DNA from: Pseudogymnoascus verrucosus
Lineage: Eukaryota
Assembly (NCBI GenBank): GCA_001662655.1
Contig: KV460214.1
DNA length: 64,000 nt
Reading direction: 5' to 3' (one strand)
Under the pieces are notes generated by a model. The model was not told the DNA's origin and searched no databases. It was given only the letters and a program-made list of their open reading frames with translations. Positions 22,547 to 35,654 of the stretch are shown one piece after another. Numbering within the stretch: the stretch's first letter is position 1; the number at the start of each line of letters is the position of its first letter. The position numbers and the translations under genes are program-made.

Positions 22547-22590
22547 TATGCAGAGATACTGGCGTTCCATTTCTTGTTCTTTAATATGCA
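22509..22590 (+). repeat. Perfect 38-bp tandem duplication spanning the stop codon of the 747-aa gene
   Basis: TATGCAGAGATACTGGCGTTCCATTTCTTGTTCTTTAA twice, followed by TATGCA. Confidence 0.95.
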
Positions 22591-22670
22591 CGGGGAATGG
22601 TCGAGATAGTTTTTACTTAGAGCTTGAAGACTAAATTCTGCCTTTGGTTTTTGCGATATCAGCTCTAAGG

Positions 22671-23664
22671 ATTAGAGGATTATTTTCCCGTTTACCATGT
22701 CTTAACAACAAGATTAAATTCCTAACAGCAGTTTCCGGGGTGATAGAAACTATTTTCTAGTTTTTAGAATTATACACTTTATATTATCGCTGTTTCCCAA
22801 ATTTATGAAACAGTTTTCTTAATCTAAAGTTCGTGGCAGGCAGATTCGACCACCAGTATCACCTATGCTAAGAAACAAAACGAAACAGATACTAGTCAGT
22901 TTAGTGACACACACACTTTATATCACCACATTCTCGATTCTACAAGGGCTTATATCTCTACTGGATCGAGTTCTCCGTCTCTGTCTTCTAGTTAGGGGAG
23001 GTATAGCCTTAACAGATGAGACTAGTTTCGTGCTAGATAACAGAAGGCAACTGGCTCAGACTTAGGCTTAGGTGTAATGTGTTGCTGACTAAACTCTAGA
23101 CTGTCGATTGCAAATTAGTGAAAGGGATGAAGCTGTGGAAAGAACCTATGTGCTGCAACGACGGAACATGTAGGCCTGTAGTTAAAGTCTTTAGAAATTC
23201 CAGGACTACACTATTTCAAATGACCGCGTTCTTAAAGGTGGGACTGATTTACAGTTAGCTTAACCAAGAGCATTTGCCGTATCTTTTTAGCTAAATCCAA
23301 CTTAAGCGCTCTCTATTCCAAGTATATGATATAGTTAAAAGGGGGCAGAGTTAGTTGGAGATTTAGGTACGCATAATACAGCAATGTAGGAATGTTGGAC
23401 ATAGACTAGAGTTTAGACGTTTCAATTCTAGAGGTCTTAATTTACATATGTTGTTTATATTTTTACTTCAGATTTGCTAGCGTACATTTAAAGTCTACTA
23501 TCAATTACTTTATATTAAAAAAGCAAACCTTACTATAACTTAGCCGCTGGTTTTATAACTCTTCTAGGTAGATTCGAGCAAAACCCTGTCCTTCTTTCGT
23601 TTTCTGCTGTTAGGAATTTAATCTTGTTGTTAAGACATGGTAAACGGGAAAATAGTCCTCTAAT
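22671..23664. mobile_element. MITE/non-autonomous DNA transposon of about 1 kb with 61-bp terminal inverted repeats
   Basis: 22671-22731 is the reverse complement of 23604-23664 with one mismatch. The interior is AT/TpA-rich and non-coding. Confidence 0.8.
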
Positions 23665-24481
23665 GACGATAGTGCTGAGATCTACAACGTAGACAACGAT
23701 GACGACGAGAACCTCCCACTAGGCTACGAAACGCACTGCGCTACCTTCCCTTCCATCGCAGCCCAACGCCTCTCAGCGCCACGCTCTCACCTGACCCTCC
23801 TCGTGCTAGTAGCCTGCTACACCTCAATCTTCGTCCTCCTGCTCATTAGCGGGATAATTAGTAGTGGCGACGGGAAGAATAAGTTAAGAGCGAAAGTTGA
23901 CGCGGAGTTTATTGCGTGGTAGATTCTGCAACAAAACAGAAGAGCCTCTTCATAACGATTAAAATGATTTCATACCTCTGGGTTATTTTCCTCCCAGTCG
24001 ACGAGTTGAAAATTCTTACCGTTTCCTACGTCGGCCATCTGAATTTCAGGAGCATCTGGAACTGTATTTTCGCACGTTCTTGATGTTGAGGAAGAGCTGG
24101 CAATTGCACACTTCTGAGCCTTCGAAATGACGCGTTGCTGTGCCGCAGGAAAAAGCTTGCCTCTAGATGCAAAGTGAACAATACATCCGAAAGCAATTTC
24201 ACGAAAAAAATCTTGCGTCGTGCGCAACTTCAAAGCTAAGTTAAAAGAGAAGACAGGCACAGTCAAAGTTTAAGATGAAAGAGAAGTAAATCTGGGTATG
24301 ATGATAACGATTTATTAGATATATATGTGTATATATGAGCCACTGTATTAAACGTCTATTTACTTGAGAGGTTCCTCGATGGCCGAGTTGGACTCATATC
24401 ACTAAAAATTTGCTACCGCACTAGATCTGCAAGCATAAATATTTGGCATCCGACGCACTTGGGCAACATTTCGCAATTGCT

Positions 24482-27400
24482 TTAGTCTCCCCTCCCTCCT
24501 ATCATGACGGGATCCGCATTAAGGTTCTCTATCTCAGTACCATCGATGTTAAACTTCGCCTCCCCAACTAAATTCTTCGTCTCTTCCAGTAAGCCCTCTA
24601 AATCATCTCTCAACATTGTAGATGATACCTGTATCACGGCAAAACCCGCGTAGCCTGGTTCAAGTACATGCCGTGTACTGAGAATATCGCCGTCCATTCT
24701 GTTAAGTAGTTGTCTGAGGTTCATGACTTGTGGGGCTTTGAGATATGGAGGCATCGGTCTACCGGTCGAGATTGCGGAGGCGACTATGGCGAGAAGAGAT
24801 GTTACTTCTTGGGATGTTAGCTGTAAGGAAGAGATGAGACGTTTAAAGTCTTTCAGCCACGGCCCTGGAGTGTTCTGGGTGTTATCTGCAATTGGTAACA
24901 CTCGGAACGTTTCAGATGCATGGGCAATCATTGTCGTGAAGCGGATGATGCTAGTTTAAGTTAACACTAGAATCAACAAGGAGGTGCAAAGCTAACTTCT
25001 GGGTATGATTGATCAACCTGTTATATGAAGCTTGCGGGAATTTCCCCCCAAACGTGGGCTCCCACGCAGTGAATTTAATATGCTTCTCTATGCCTTGAAG
25101 GAGGACAAGGTCTTTGACGTATAATCGAATTCGAGCCTTTTCAAGCCTTCTTCCAGGACTCCCTTTGTCTTTCAGATCCCCTTCTGCATCTCTACTTTGC
25201 AATGCAACAGTCTGATGGACGGAGCTATAGTAGTTGCAAAGAATATAGAGACAGGATCCTAGGTCCTTGCGGAGTTGGCTTCGAGCTGTGATCACTGACG
25301 GGAAGTATGTGAAAAAGAATGCCACGCCCACTCCGGCAACGACTGTAGCTAATCTGAAAGGAGCGAGCTCGTATAGGGGGTGATAGGCTTGGCCGTTGGA
25401 AATTGACCTAAGGATGCCGACCTTCTGGACTTGAAGTTCATATCCCACTATCAAGGTAACCGTGACCATTCCGATTATAGGAATGACTGGATTGTTAGGG
25501 CTCTTGATCAATGGATAGTGGTAAAGGAACATAGTGATGCCAGTAAAGACAATAATACCTGCCGGGTGCTGATCAACGATATACCAGATAATGTACGATG
25601 CGACCATAGCGACTAATGTTCCACTGAAACGTAAGAACTGACCATAAACCCCAGACCCAGCGGTTTGAGTCATGCTTATGGCAACCATAATCGAACCCCA
25701 GACGAGTCGCTGTTCGATAAAGAATTGCTGAGAATTCCTCAGGAAACAAATGATTGCAATAGCCATGGTTCCCGTTGCTACTCTGAAACCAAATGCCGAC
25801 TCTGCAGAACCAAAGAAGTTCGGAATAACTCGAAATTTGTCCGTCACCTTTTCCCAAACAGACGTAGGGCGAAGGTGTTCGGTGTCTTTCTCACCTTGAA
25901 TGGCGTCGCCAAGATGGACTGTCGGACTGCCAGATCGGGTACTATAGACTTGGTAGTCTAAATTGCTGTCTTCTCTAGAAAGCATGGCCCAGAACCATTT
26001 TTTCATTTGTTTACACGTTGGCAGTATAAGGCGCTTCTTCGACATTGTTCCATCATCCACTTTAGAGTCAGCATACTTGACCAGGTTTAAAACTTCTCTC
26101 GCAGTCACAAGAAAAGAATATTCTAGCTTTAGACTGGTCAGAATTTTGCCTTTCGGGAACAGAATAAACTTACATACATCAAGGATAAGATATAGTTGAG
26201 ACTGATGTAGCTCGTGCAATGAATTGTCTGAGGGCTTCATGCCGTTTAGTTGCGAATAGTCATCCACACCCATCTCGGCACACCATTTTTTCAGAGGACC
26301 TTCTCGTTGGCGCAAAAAGTCTTGTATCGCATTCTCTAAGTATTTAGCGAAGCCTCTCTCCCCAGCCGAGTAACCTAGGCTGTTTGCTTCAATGTCGGTA
26401 TCAACCGGGGATAATGGTCGTTTTGCGAGTTCGAGTGTGTACAAAGAATGATCGAAGCCCTCAATCACAGTTTTCTGGAGTTGTCTGACCCGATCATTTA
26501 ACTGTTCAAGTATCTCCTTCCACTGACCCTTCTCTTTGTCTTCCAGAGAGTTGGATTTCGATCCAGTCAAACTGTCGGCGGTCCTTGGAATTCTCGGAGC
26601 TTCCCACCCACCACGCTTTTCAATTCGATCTGTGATTCCAATGAAAGACTCTATCCCTAAAATTGGAACCAATATGTTCTTTATTAGCCGACATATCGTT
26701 ACCATGTCCTTCGATCCTAATTTGCCCCAAGCCACCTCACGTTTTGCATATCGAAGCTCTGATTGTACCTTAACTTGTAGCTCGGTTACGTCGGCGGTCA
26801 CTTTCTTTAGAGCATCAGCTTCAGGCCAAGGTTTGGCCCTAGTAGAGAACCAACTCTTATTGGCGCTTCTGGCGTATGTGGTGGAGCTCTTCGTGCCGTA
26901 CCACTCACGCTTGGGTAGGGAGAGCATATATTGTCCCTGGACTTCGAGGGTGGTCTTCAATTCATGGAGCTCTTCCGTTACGAGCAAGGAGATGATAGTT
27001 CGAGAGCTGAAAGGCACGATGACAAGGCTGACTGAAGCTGAGATTCCGAAACCAGCGAAGAACGCTTGAAGCAAACGGGAGACTAGAAATCTCTCTAATC
27101 AGTATTCTGCTACGCGTAAAAAAGGGAATGTTACCTAGAGCTTCGACCTGCTTCATAGTTACAAACAGCGTTCCATAGGTTCCTGTAATGTTGATGAAGA
27201 TTGAAAATATTATAGAAGGCAAAAAGTATTGCGGTCGATACGCTCGGAACCTGCAATATAACTGTCAGAAGATTGGCGGACGCAAACTGCGGTTGGGACT
27301 GACGTGTTGATTAGCCATACTTCAAAGAATAGCCAAATGCCCATGTTAGCACTTGCCGCGGCGTTGTACGATGGGCTAACTTGAGCGCCTGTGACAGGCC

Positions 27401-28019
27401 CATTGGCCAACGCTTCTTTCGAAATATGAGTAGTATTTTCTCGAGCTTTGACCGCACACCACATGGCAAGTAACGATATTGCGGCTGCAAGACAAACCAA
27501 AAGCTACCAAAGAACCTAAGTTAATTCAACAAGAACTATAAGAGGTACGATTGGTCCATACCGAGGCCACCAAAAGGTTTTGGATAAATCTTGCTCGAGG
27601 AAAAATCGGAACTGCTAGGATGGACATAATTGGAATGAGATAGCCAATCGTCAAGAAATGGTCCGCAACATGGTTGTCCTGATATCTGCAGGAAATCAGT
27701 TTTTTCTTCTGGGAAGCAAAAAAAGGTTATGGTGTATACATGGCAAGTCCGATGGTAGGTGCGATGGCTCCTCTTCGACATGTCAGCTCTGGATAGAATA
27801 CACCGCTACAGCATGGAGGACGATTTTAAATAAATAAAAGCCGCCTGCCTATACTCTCTTGAAGAGCGCTGGCAACTGCGGCCTTTCTGCGTATTAAATG
27901 GGCTCCCAAATGAGGAAGGTCAGTCACAGTACATACTTGATCATTAGCAACACGATGGGAATGTTTATTCCAAGTTTGCCTGCGATTCTCTTCCATATCG
28001 AAGAGTTTTTCGACTCCAT
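24482..28019 (-). CDS. Aromatic acid exporter (ArAE/FUSC-like, Bre4-type) membrane protein, multi-exon
   Basis: GAIAPTIGLA, PRARFIQ, AKREVAWGKL, SAFGFRVA, QRLVWGSIMVAISM, TLIVGYELQ, WEPTFGGKFP..SY and G.PMPPYL. Start approximate. Confidence 0.85.
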
Positions 28020-28797
28020 CGTCTCGTCGTTAACCTGACCTTGAGCTACATTCGACACCGTGCTTATAGCTCTGGTCTTGTCACCATAGGCCGTTGGCCT
28101 GTCTTTGGTCGTGTTTGATAAGGATATTACCAGAACGTGGCCCTCCCACAACCCAACAGCTGAGAAATCTAACTGCTCTAAAATCGCAACTGGACGCACA
28201 TGGATCCCGTCAAACCAAACTTTGAAGTGCAATACTGTATGTTAATTCGCCAAGCAGAACTCTCTCTCGAGAAAATACTTACCTCATGATGATGAAAACC
28301 CCCGAAAATGGGCTGACACACACATCCGCAAATACGTAACGTAACATAGTCTACTTTTTGCCACGTCAAATACGTCAAGCGCGAACGATAGCTTTCTTAC
28401 TCGAACTGGTCGTGATGCTGGTGCAGGAGTCCATGACTGACTGTTCCATTCGACCTGGCCTCGATGACAAGGCTGTTGTTGAGAGGTAGAACAGCGGAAT
28501 TGGCATGATTAAGGTGGCCGAGATTGAACTTAGCCGCTGAACCATGATCAATGATTATTAAACCAACCGCCTCGGCGTTGTGGAGACGAGTAGTGCCGGC
28601 AGACAAATGCCGAAGCTAATGGTCCCGTGTACGTACAGTACTGGTACACCTGATTATACATACGTTAGGCCTTGGGAGCGTCCAAGGAATTGGTATATTA
28701 GCAGCGATGTTAGTCTAGGCGATAATGTAATGTATTATAACTATGTTGAAAGTGATATCGCCTGGCTCTGACCGTTTTGAAGTTTTGCGCTCTCGCG

Positions 28798-31700
28798 ATG
28801 TCTCGAAATGCTGCTTCTCATGAGCCCCTTCATCCGCCACGAAAAACGTCGCTATCTAATCCTTTATCTCAGGCCTCCCGCCGCCAATACAAGGATCTAA
28901 GCAAGCTACTTGTCGGCGATGGAGATATACAAACTGAAGCTGCAGTCAATGGTTGGTGCTTCTAGCGCGAACTGGTACACGCCCTAGATTGATCTGATAC
29001 CCTAATAGATGACGGTCGAGTCGATATTCGTATCGATCACTGTTCAGAATATTTAAGAGATCATGTGCTTCCTATCATACAATGTCCTAAAGCCCAGACG
29101 AAACGCTTTCAGGCCGGGCAACCTACTCTCCCGCCATCCATAACGAGGGGGCGTGATGGTCTTCCTCCACCGCGAATGAATATTGCTATACACGTCGTGG
29201 GCTCGCGCGGCGATGTTCAGCCGTTTGTCTCACTAGGCCAGGTTCTTCGCGAAAAGTATGGCCATCGCGTTCGTCTCGCCACGCATCCGAACTTTAAGTC
29301 TTTTGTCGAAGAAAATGGGCTCGAGTTCTTCAGCATTGGGGAGGACCCAGCCGAACTGATGGCGTTCATGGTAAAGAATCCTGGTCTTCTGCCTAACATA
29401 GGAACTCTTAAAAGCGGTGATATTGGCCGACGACGTCGGGGCATGTATGAAGTTATGAAGGGGTGTTGGAGGTCTTGCATCGAAACCGGAAACGGCATGG
29501 AGGACGTCGATTATTCTAGAATTTTCACCGGCCCGAGCGAGCACCTCGACAGGCCTTTCATTGCAGATGCCATTATTGCAAACCCCCCAAGCTTTGCACA
29601 CGTTCATTGCGCCGAAAGGCTCGGCATACCTCTCCATCTGATGTTTACCATGCCTTGGTCACCCACACAGTCATTCCCGCATCCATTGTCGACCATCCAT
29701 CACTCAAACACAGAACCGAGCATGGCGAACCTAATCTCATATGCTCTGGTAGATATCATGACTTGGCAAGGACTGGGAGGAGTTGTGAACCGGTTTCGGA
29801 CAAAAACATTACACTTGGAACCTGTCAGTCTCATGTGGGCTCCTGGCATGATTTCCCGCTTGAGAATTCCGTTTACTTATTGTTGGTATGATTGATCAAC
29901 CTATTTCCTTGTATCTTCAGCCTTTGATAAGATATGTAATATAGGTCTCCGGCGCTCATTCCAAAGCCTGAAGACTGGGGCAGCCATATCTTTCTGTCAG
30001 GATTCTATTTCCTGTCTCTAGGATCGTCATATGACCCGGATACCAAGCTACGTGCTTTCCTAGAGAGTGGCCATCCCCCAGTATATGTTGGGTTTGGATC
30101 CATAGTTGTGGATGAACCAGATGTCATGACGAAGATCATTTTTGAGGCAACTAAGAAAGCTGGTGTCCGGGCACTCGTCTCAAAAGGTTGGGGTGGCCTT
30201 GGCACCGATGAGCTCGATATTCCTAACAATATCTGCATGATCGGAGACGTACCCCACGACTGGCTCTTCAAACATGTATCTGCTGTAGTTCACCACGGAG
30301 GAGCAGGTACGACCGCGGCTGGGATACTGGCAGGTTGCCCTACAGTTGTGATTCCATTTTTTGGAGATCAACCATTCTGGGGAGCCATGATTGAGCGTGC
30401 TGGTGCGGGGCCAGCCCCAGTGCCATATAAGAAACTCACCGCTGATGCTCTAGCTGCGGGTATTCTCAAAGCAATTGAACCTGGCACGGTGGAGAATGCA
30501 AAAAAATTAAGTGAAGCTCTTCTGAAAGATCAAGGAGCAATTACGGGGGCCAAGTCTTTCCATAATATGTTAGACCTGGACAATCAACGGTGTTTAGTCT
30601 GTCCGAAACGAGTAGCAGTTGCAAGGGTCAGGAGAACGAATATCAGGCTAAGTGCATTGGCGACAATTGTTTTGGGTGATGAGGGTCTCTTAAAAGCTTC
30701 TGATCTTAAAATGTGGGTTCCATGTCCATATCCCAAACTGTAATGTAGTAATAATCCTATAGGTACCGTCCATGCGAATACAATACGGGAGCAGAACCCT
30801 GGGACCCTGTTACTGGAGGGGCTGCAGCTCTCCTTGGTACTATCAGTAGTTTGATGATTGGAATGGCAGATGTTCCTTTTGAGATCATTAACAAACTTAA
30901 GTCTCGAGTCCATAATAGCCACGAAGACAGAGCTTCCCGCTTCCAATCGACAACTTCCAACCCGGGTGCCGACCTGGGTGTCGCAAATCAGAGAACGGAG
31001 CAGGCTAGTTCTAAAAACACACGCCTGACTGAAACAAGCACTATACATGCCACGGATCCCTACCGATCGGGAAGCAACAGCAGCCACCATGAAGAGCGCG
31101 ATAATGAGCAGCATCTTGTAGATCCGGAGCCAGTAACACACAACATCACGATTTGTTCGATAGTCAAACCTAGACATAAGCATCTCATGAATCCAAGGGA
31201 TCGTGCTGTTTACAAGGCTGTTGAAATGGGGGATCAAGGGATCTCTAACGTCGCCATCACAGTAATGCGGCCACCTATGGACCTCATCCTAGCCGTCTCC
31301 CGCGGATGCCATAACGCGCCAAAGCAGTATGGTGACGATACAGTCCGCCAACTGGACGACGTCAACGATTTTAAAAGTGGAGTAGTGACTGCTGGGAAGC
31401 AGTTCGGGCTGGGATGGTACGATGGTATTGCCGGGGTGGTAACGCAACCATATCGTGGTGGGGTGGAACATGGAGCCAAGGGGTTCCTGGCCGGAATTTT
31501 GAAGGGAGCTGGCGGGCTCATCCTTAAACCCAGTGCAGGCAAGCGGTTCCAATAACTCTCTCCAGCTGGCGAGTACTAATCGGGCGTAGGCATTTTTGGA
31601 CTCGGTGGCTATACGCTGCAAGGCATCTACAGAGAAATCCAAGAGCATATGGGAGAGCAAATGCACAGGTACGCCGTAGCAGCCCGTATTACCCAAGGAC

Positions 31701-31807
31701 ATGAGGACTGGGAGACATCAACGCCGGAAGAACGCCGCCATATCATTGATAACTACAATATGATTAAGAACGACCCATTGTTAAAGAAAAGAGAACATCT
31801 GTTTTAG
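28798..31807 (+). CDS. Sterol 3-beta-glucosyltransferase-like (GT1; UGT80/ATG26-type catalytic domain), multi-exon
   Basis: IHVVGSRGDVQPF, GHRVRLATH, IIANPPSFAHVHCAERLGIPLH, VVHHGGAGTTAAG and PFFGDQPFWG. Confidence 0.9.
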
Positions 31808-31961
31808 GGGAAAGGCCATCATGGCCCTAGTAATTGATGCTTACGTGGCTAATCATGAGGTTCCCAAGTGGGTCGTGATTGTCACCAATAAGGGCCAAGA
31901 GGAGTATGTAGTCCTAAAGTTAGTGTTAAGGTTTCCAAACGTATATACGCTCTTTGTTACA

Positions 31962-32103
31962 GCGACCACGCAAAAGCAGGTGCCCGTTTCTCGTTTCCTC
32001 GTTCCCTATTTCTGTAGTATCCAACACAATATTCCGTTTCTGGTTTCCAGATCCTAGGCTGTTATGCGTCCCCAGTGAGTTTCCGATTCTAGGATTTAGC
32101 TTT
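31962..32103 (+). repeat. Internal fragment of left-end segment U (orphan)
   Basis: CGCAAAAGCAG..GCCCGTTTCTCGTTTC...ATCCAACAC..ATTCCGTTTCTGGTTTC...ATTCTAG.ATTTAGCTTT matches ~2202-2344 and ~13075-13196. Confidence 0.88.
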
Positions 32104-32512
32104 CCTTGATAGATTTAATTGTTACTGTTCTATATACTGTACGTTCTATATACTGTACTCTATGCCGAAGCCCTTATTGCGGCTGCTTCACTTGATGCGT
32201 ATACAGCTAATAATATTGCTAAGCATCGAATAAATACCTGACATTCACTTACTTAAGCTGGGAAATATAGGGGGAGTACTCGTGCACGCCAAAGGTCCGA
32301 TGAGGAACAGTGGGCTGACATAGCAACTATGGCTTCGGACAAGACTTCCTATTATAGACTGTGATTATCAATGTTAATGGCCATAATAATAGCATGCTAC
32401 ATAGAAAACTAAACAGAAGACAGTTTTTAGCTACCTCTGTAGCATCTGTCACACCAACCTCACACAAACGTCTCTGTCCAAACTTCTGGGACACACGAGA
32501 ACCCTAAAGCGG

Positions 32513-34977
32513 TTATGCAGATACCGAATAAGCCGGCAATTCCTCCATCTGCTCAAATTCCGTCATTGAAATTTCATACCCAAGATGCCGTTTGAGAAGT
32601 TCATGCGTAATGAATCGCTCTGGCGTATTGCCCTGGGCGTCAACAAATGATACATGGTGATTGACGTCGCTGATCCTCTGCAACTCATTGGCATGGCGAT
32701 GGTGATGCGGACATCCATCAACACCAATCAAGAAGATCGTCACATGAGCCCACGAGAGTCCAAGGAGATCTAGTTCGAACTCATCCATATCGGTCGCTTC
32801 GCCATCGAGCAAGAGCAATAACCTCAGCATCGGTGTTTCAGGACCTGCTTGCCATCCATACACTGGGTGGTGAATCGCCGAGGCGGAGTGTTTCTGAAAA
32901 TGTAGATCCTTGACCTTCTGCCAGCCGGTCATGACGCGAGTTCCGCCGCCGATGCGGACATTGCGCCACATGGCCTCAAGATTCTGGTGGTTAATGTTCC
33001 CAATGTAGTGGGCTTGGTTCGAGAAGGTCGTGAGACTGTAACCTCCGAAAGCGTGGTCATGGTTTGCCATCGCGTCGGTGAAGCGCCGGATAATGGCCTT
33101 GGCAACATCTAGGACACGATTAGTATCTCATGTGGGATTGATGGGAGTATTGGCACTACCTTTATTCTTTGGTTGGGTGGAAGGTTGGTAGCCTGTAATA
33201 AGGTATTTGTTATAAAATGGTCGGACAGGATCAAAGTCCATAGATCCGGAGACATCCAAGAGGATCATGGTATCATCTGTAGGCACTTCTGGTCGATCAT
33301 ATGCCCTAAATGGTGTTGGCATAACCTGTTTAGAGTATCCGGGAGATGTATGCTGAAGATGGCATGTGTCATTGGCGGCATAGTATTGAGGGGGTGGCTC
33401 GACCGCTGAAGCCATCCTAGCACGAGCCATGTCCATTGCGTAGATGAAGTCTGGCTTCATCCGCATGCCCGCGACTCCTTCCCGGTGGTTCAGGACCCAA
33501 TATAGCCGTTCTTCGGCTGTGTCCTCATACCCGCGCCACTGAGGTGTGATTCCTCTCCACCCAGAGGCAGGTTCAATGCTGAATTTCAGGGGGTTAGAAG
33601 TAGCGCCAGCCCAAGCAACTGGAATTGGTTCAAAGTATCCAGCTCGGAGCAAGTGCAGATACTGGATAGGTTGGCGAGCTCGAAGATGCCTAATTTTTCT
33701 AGTCATGCCGACCTTATCTTGATAGCTAGTGACTATTTGTTGCCATTGCTCATTTGGCCACCTGCCTCGCTCTTCGGCAAGAATAGAGTTTCGTAACTCC
33801 CGGCCTTTTCTGATCCGCTTTTCCGTTTTTGCAACCGCTCGCTCCTCGGATGATTTAATCCCGATGGCTTTCCTGAACGAAAATTTAGATGATTTGGTAG
33901 ATGCCTCTGCAGTATCATTCTTAGGGGGAGTAACGACGCTTTGCCGCTTCTCATCTGAAGCCTTATAAGGTAGTACCTTTCGGTCTGGTGCATTGGAACC
34001 GGCTGCTTCAATACTCATGTTCGACATTGTGGTGTTTACACCGTCCAATTCATCCCAAATGTTAATTCTCGGTTCCTTCGCATCAATATCGGCTTGTGCT
34101 TGGCGATTAAGACTGTTGTTCATCTGGATAGTTTGGTGAATTGACATTGCGTGACTATCTGGCTTAGGCCTCTGAGAACTCCATTGAGACACATACATGC
34201 CATATGGCGAGATAACATTGTACTTGTATGGGTTACTACTAAACATAGAAGTGGATAGATTGTTAGCCAAGCCAGAGGTATAATAGCCCTCATTGTAAGC
34301 TTTCTCTCCTTCTCAGCCAAAAATAAACTGTCAGCCTCTCTGAAGAACGTAGGACATGTTATTGAAAGAGGGTGGACTGACCTGGATACATGACCGCGTT
34401 CGACCACATTTCCTGCACACCATAGCGGTGGTATTTCCTCGTCTGGTAAGTGTGGATGGCGCAACCGCAGTAGTAGTCCGACTCATGCTCGGGTTCTATC
34501 TCGCTGTTGTAGATCCCATATTGCAATTGGAGGTTCTGTAGCGCAAACTGCATCTCTTGCTGTAGGGATGTTAGTTAGTTGGCGAGGACCTGAGAGGATC
34601 AAACAGACCTCATCTCTTGCACGGACGTTCGCAGCCTCAATTACTCGATTCATATGAGGCCTTCCAAGTAACATACTCGTGTTCTGCGAGACCACAGGAT
34701 AGGCTGGGGGCGCATATGCCGGTGGCGCATTTGCTGGCGGCGTGCCCTTGACATCGCTTGACAGCTTCGATTTTTCAGCGGTTACAGCTGAGCGATGCGC
34801 GTTAAAAGATGTGATAAACTCCGCAGCCTTTGGCGTGTCTCCCAATAAACTTGTGAGATGAATGGTAGCCTCGGCATCAGAAAGTGTGTTAGTGTACAGA
34901 ATAATCTCCTTCAGAGACTCTTCGTCAAGAGGCAAGAGCTCTGAGAGCTGGGGCAATGCCCACTTCACGAGTGTCAT
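32513..34977 (-). CDS. Multi-exon protein with Rqt4/ASC-1-N-like N-terminus and C-terminal vWA-like domain
   Basis: N-terminus WALPQLSELLPLDEESLKEII.Y..TLS; MIDAS-like ILLDVSGSM, then GGGT, LLLLLDGEA and IFLIGV. ORF pieces are joined by GT..AG introns. Confidence 0.7.
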
Positions 34978-35380
34978 AGTTTCTTTCTATTATTTACGGT
35001 AATCGTATTTGCGAGATGATTAATGAATTAAGACACTGTATATATGTGTGAGTTAGTGCAATGTGATGCGAGGCTATGTAAATGAGTGTGAGGCTGTGAG
35101 CGTCATGATCCATCCTTTGAGGCTTACGCGGCAACACCGTATTGAGCCTAGGCAAATTACCCGCCCATACAACGAAGGTAAATGGCTCAAAACACGGAAG
35201 CTGGGATATAATAAGCGCAGACGACGGCGATTAAATATTATTTATTCCTTACAATATTATTTCGTAAACACACTGTTGTAGTAATGAACGTAATCATAAT
35301 TAACTTGCTCTAATTTTAAGGTAGCGGGCTGACAAAGATGTTACCATCACAAACCCGGGGTGACAGTTGCGAGTTGCTAT

Positions 35381-35594
35381 TATACTGCATCCACAATATA
35401 CAAGGACGGATGCATTTGGGTGGGCAGTAAAGCGCGCACATTGGCTGTGCACCTACAAGCTACGGCAAGGGAGCTGAATGCTCTGAACCAATTACTAGTC
35501 TTGAATCACGCGTACCGATGTCGACATACAACTTGTTTCTAGGCAACTGCTTTTCCCAGCCTTCAGAAAGGAGAAATTAGGAAATGGTAAACCG
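35381..35594 (+). repeat. Element right-end segment D, copy 3 (truncated)
   Basis: TACTGCATCCACAATAT...AATCACGCG...CTAGGCAACTGCTTTTCCCAG aligns to 12717-12947 and 19222-19445. Confidence 0.88.
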
Positions 35595-35654
35595 GCATTA
35601 GGGGGCCCAAAGTCGAGCGGCATCGATGGATTAATACCACTAAACCACTGATGC
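35595..35654 (-). pseudogene. T-arm-less tRNA-Gly-like junction sequence, copy 3
   Basis: Identical to 19446-19505. Confidence 0.88.

Larger units (their letters stand above)
19486..35654 (+). mobile_element. Putative tRNA-Gly-targeted integrative unit 3 (16.1 kb; possibly two fused units)
   Basis: 20-bp direct repeat at both ends, a diverged U at 19506-19620, a shortened D at 35381-35594 and an internal U fragment at 31962-32103. Confidence 0.55.

Noticed and set aside
28400..28620. Coding-like fragment between the ArAE and glucosyltransferase genes (similar at 13500-13700 and 23680-23920)
   Set aside because: Too short and stop-ridden to assign; possibly gene debris.
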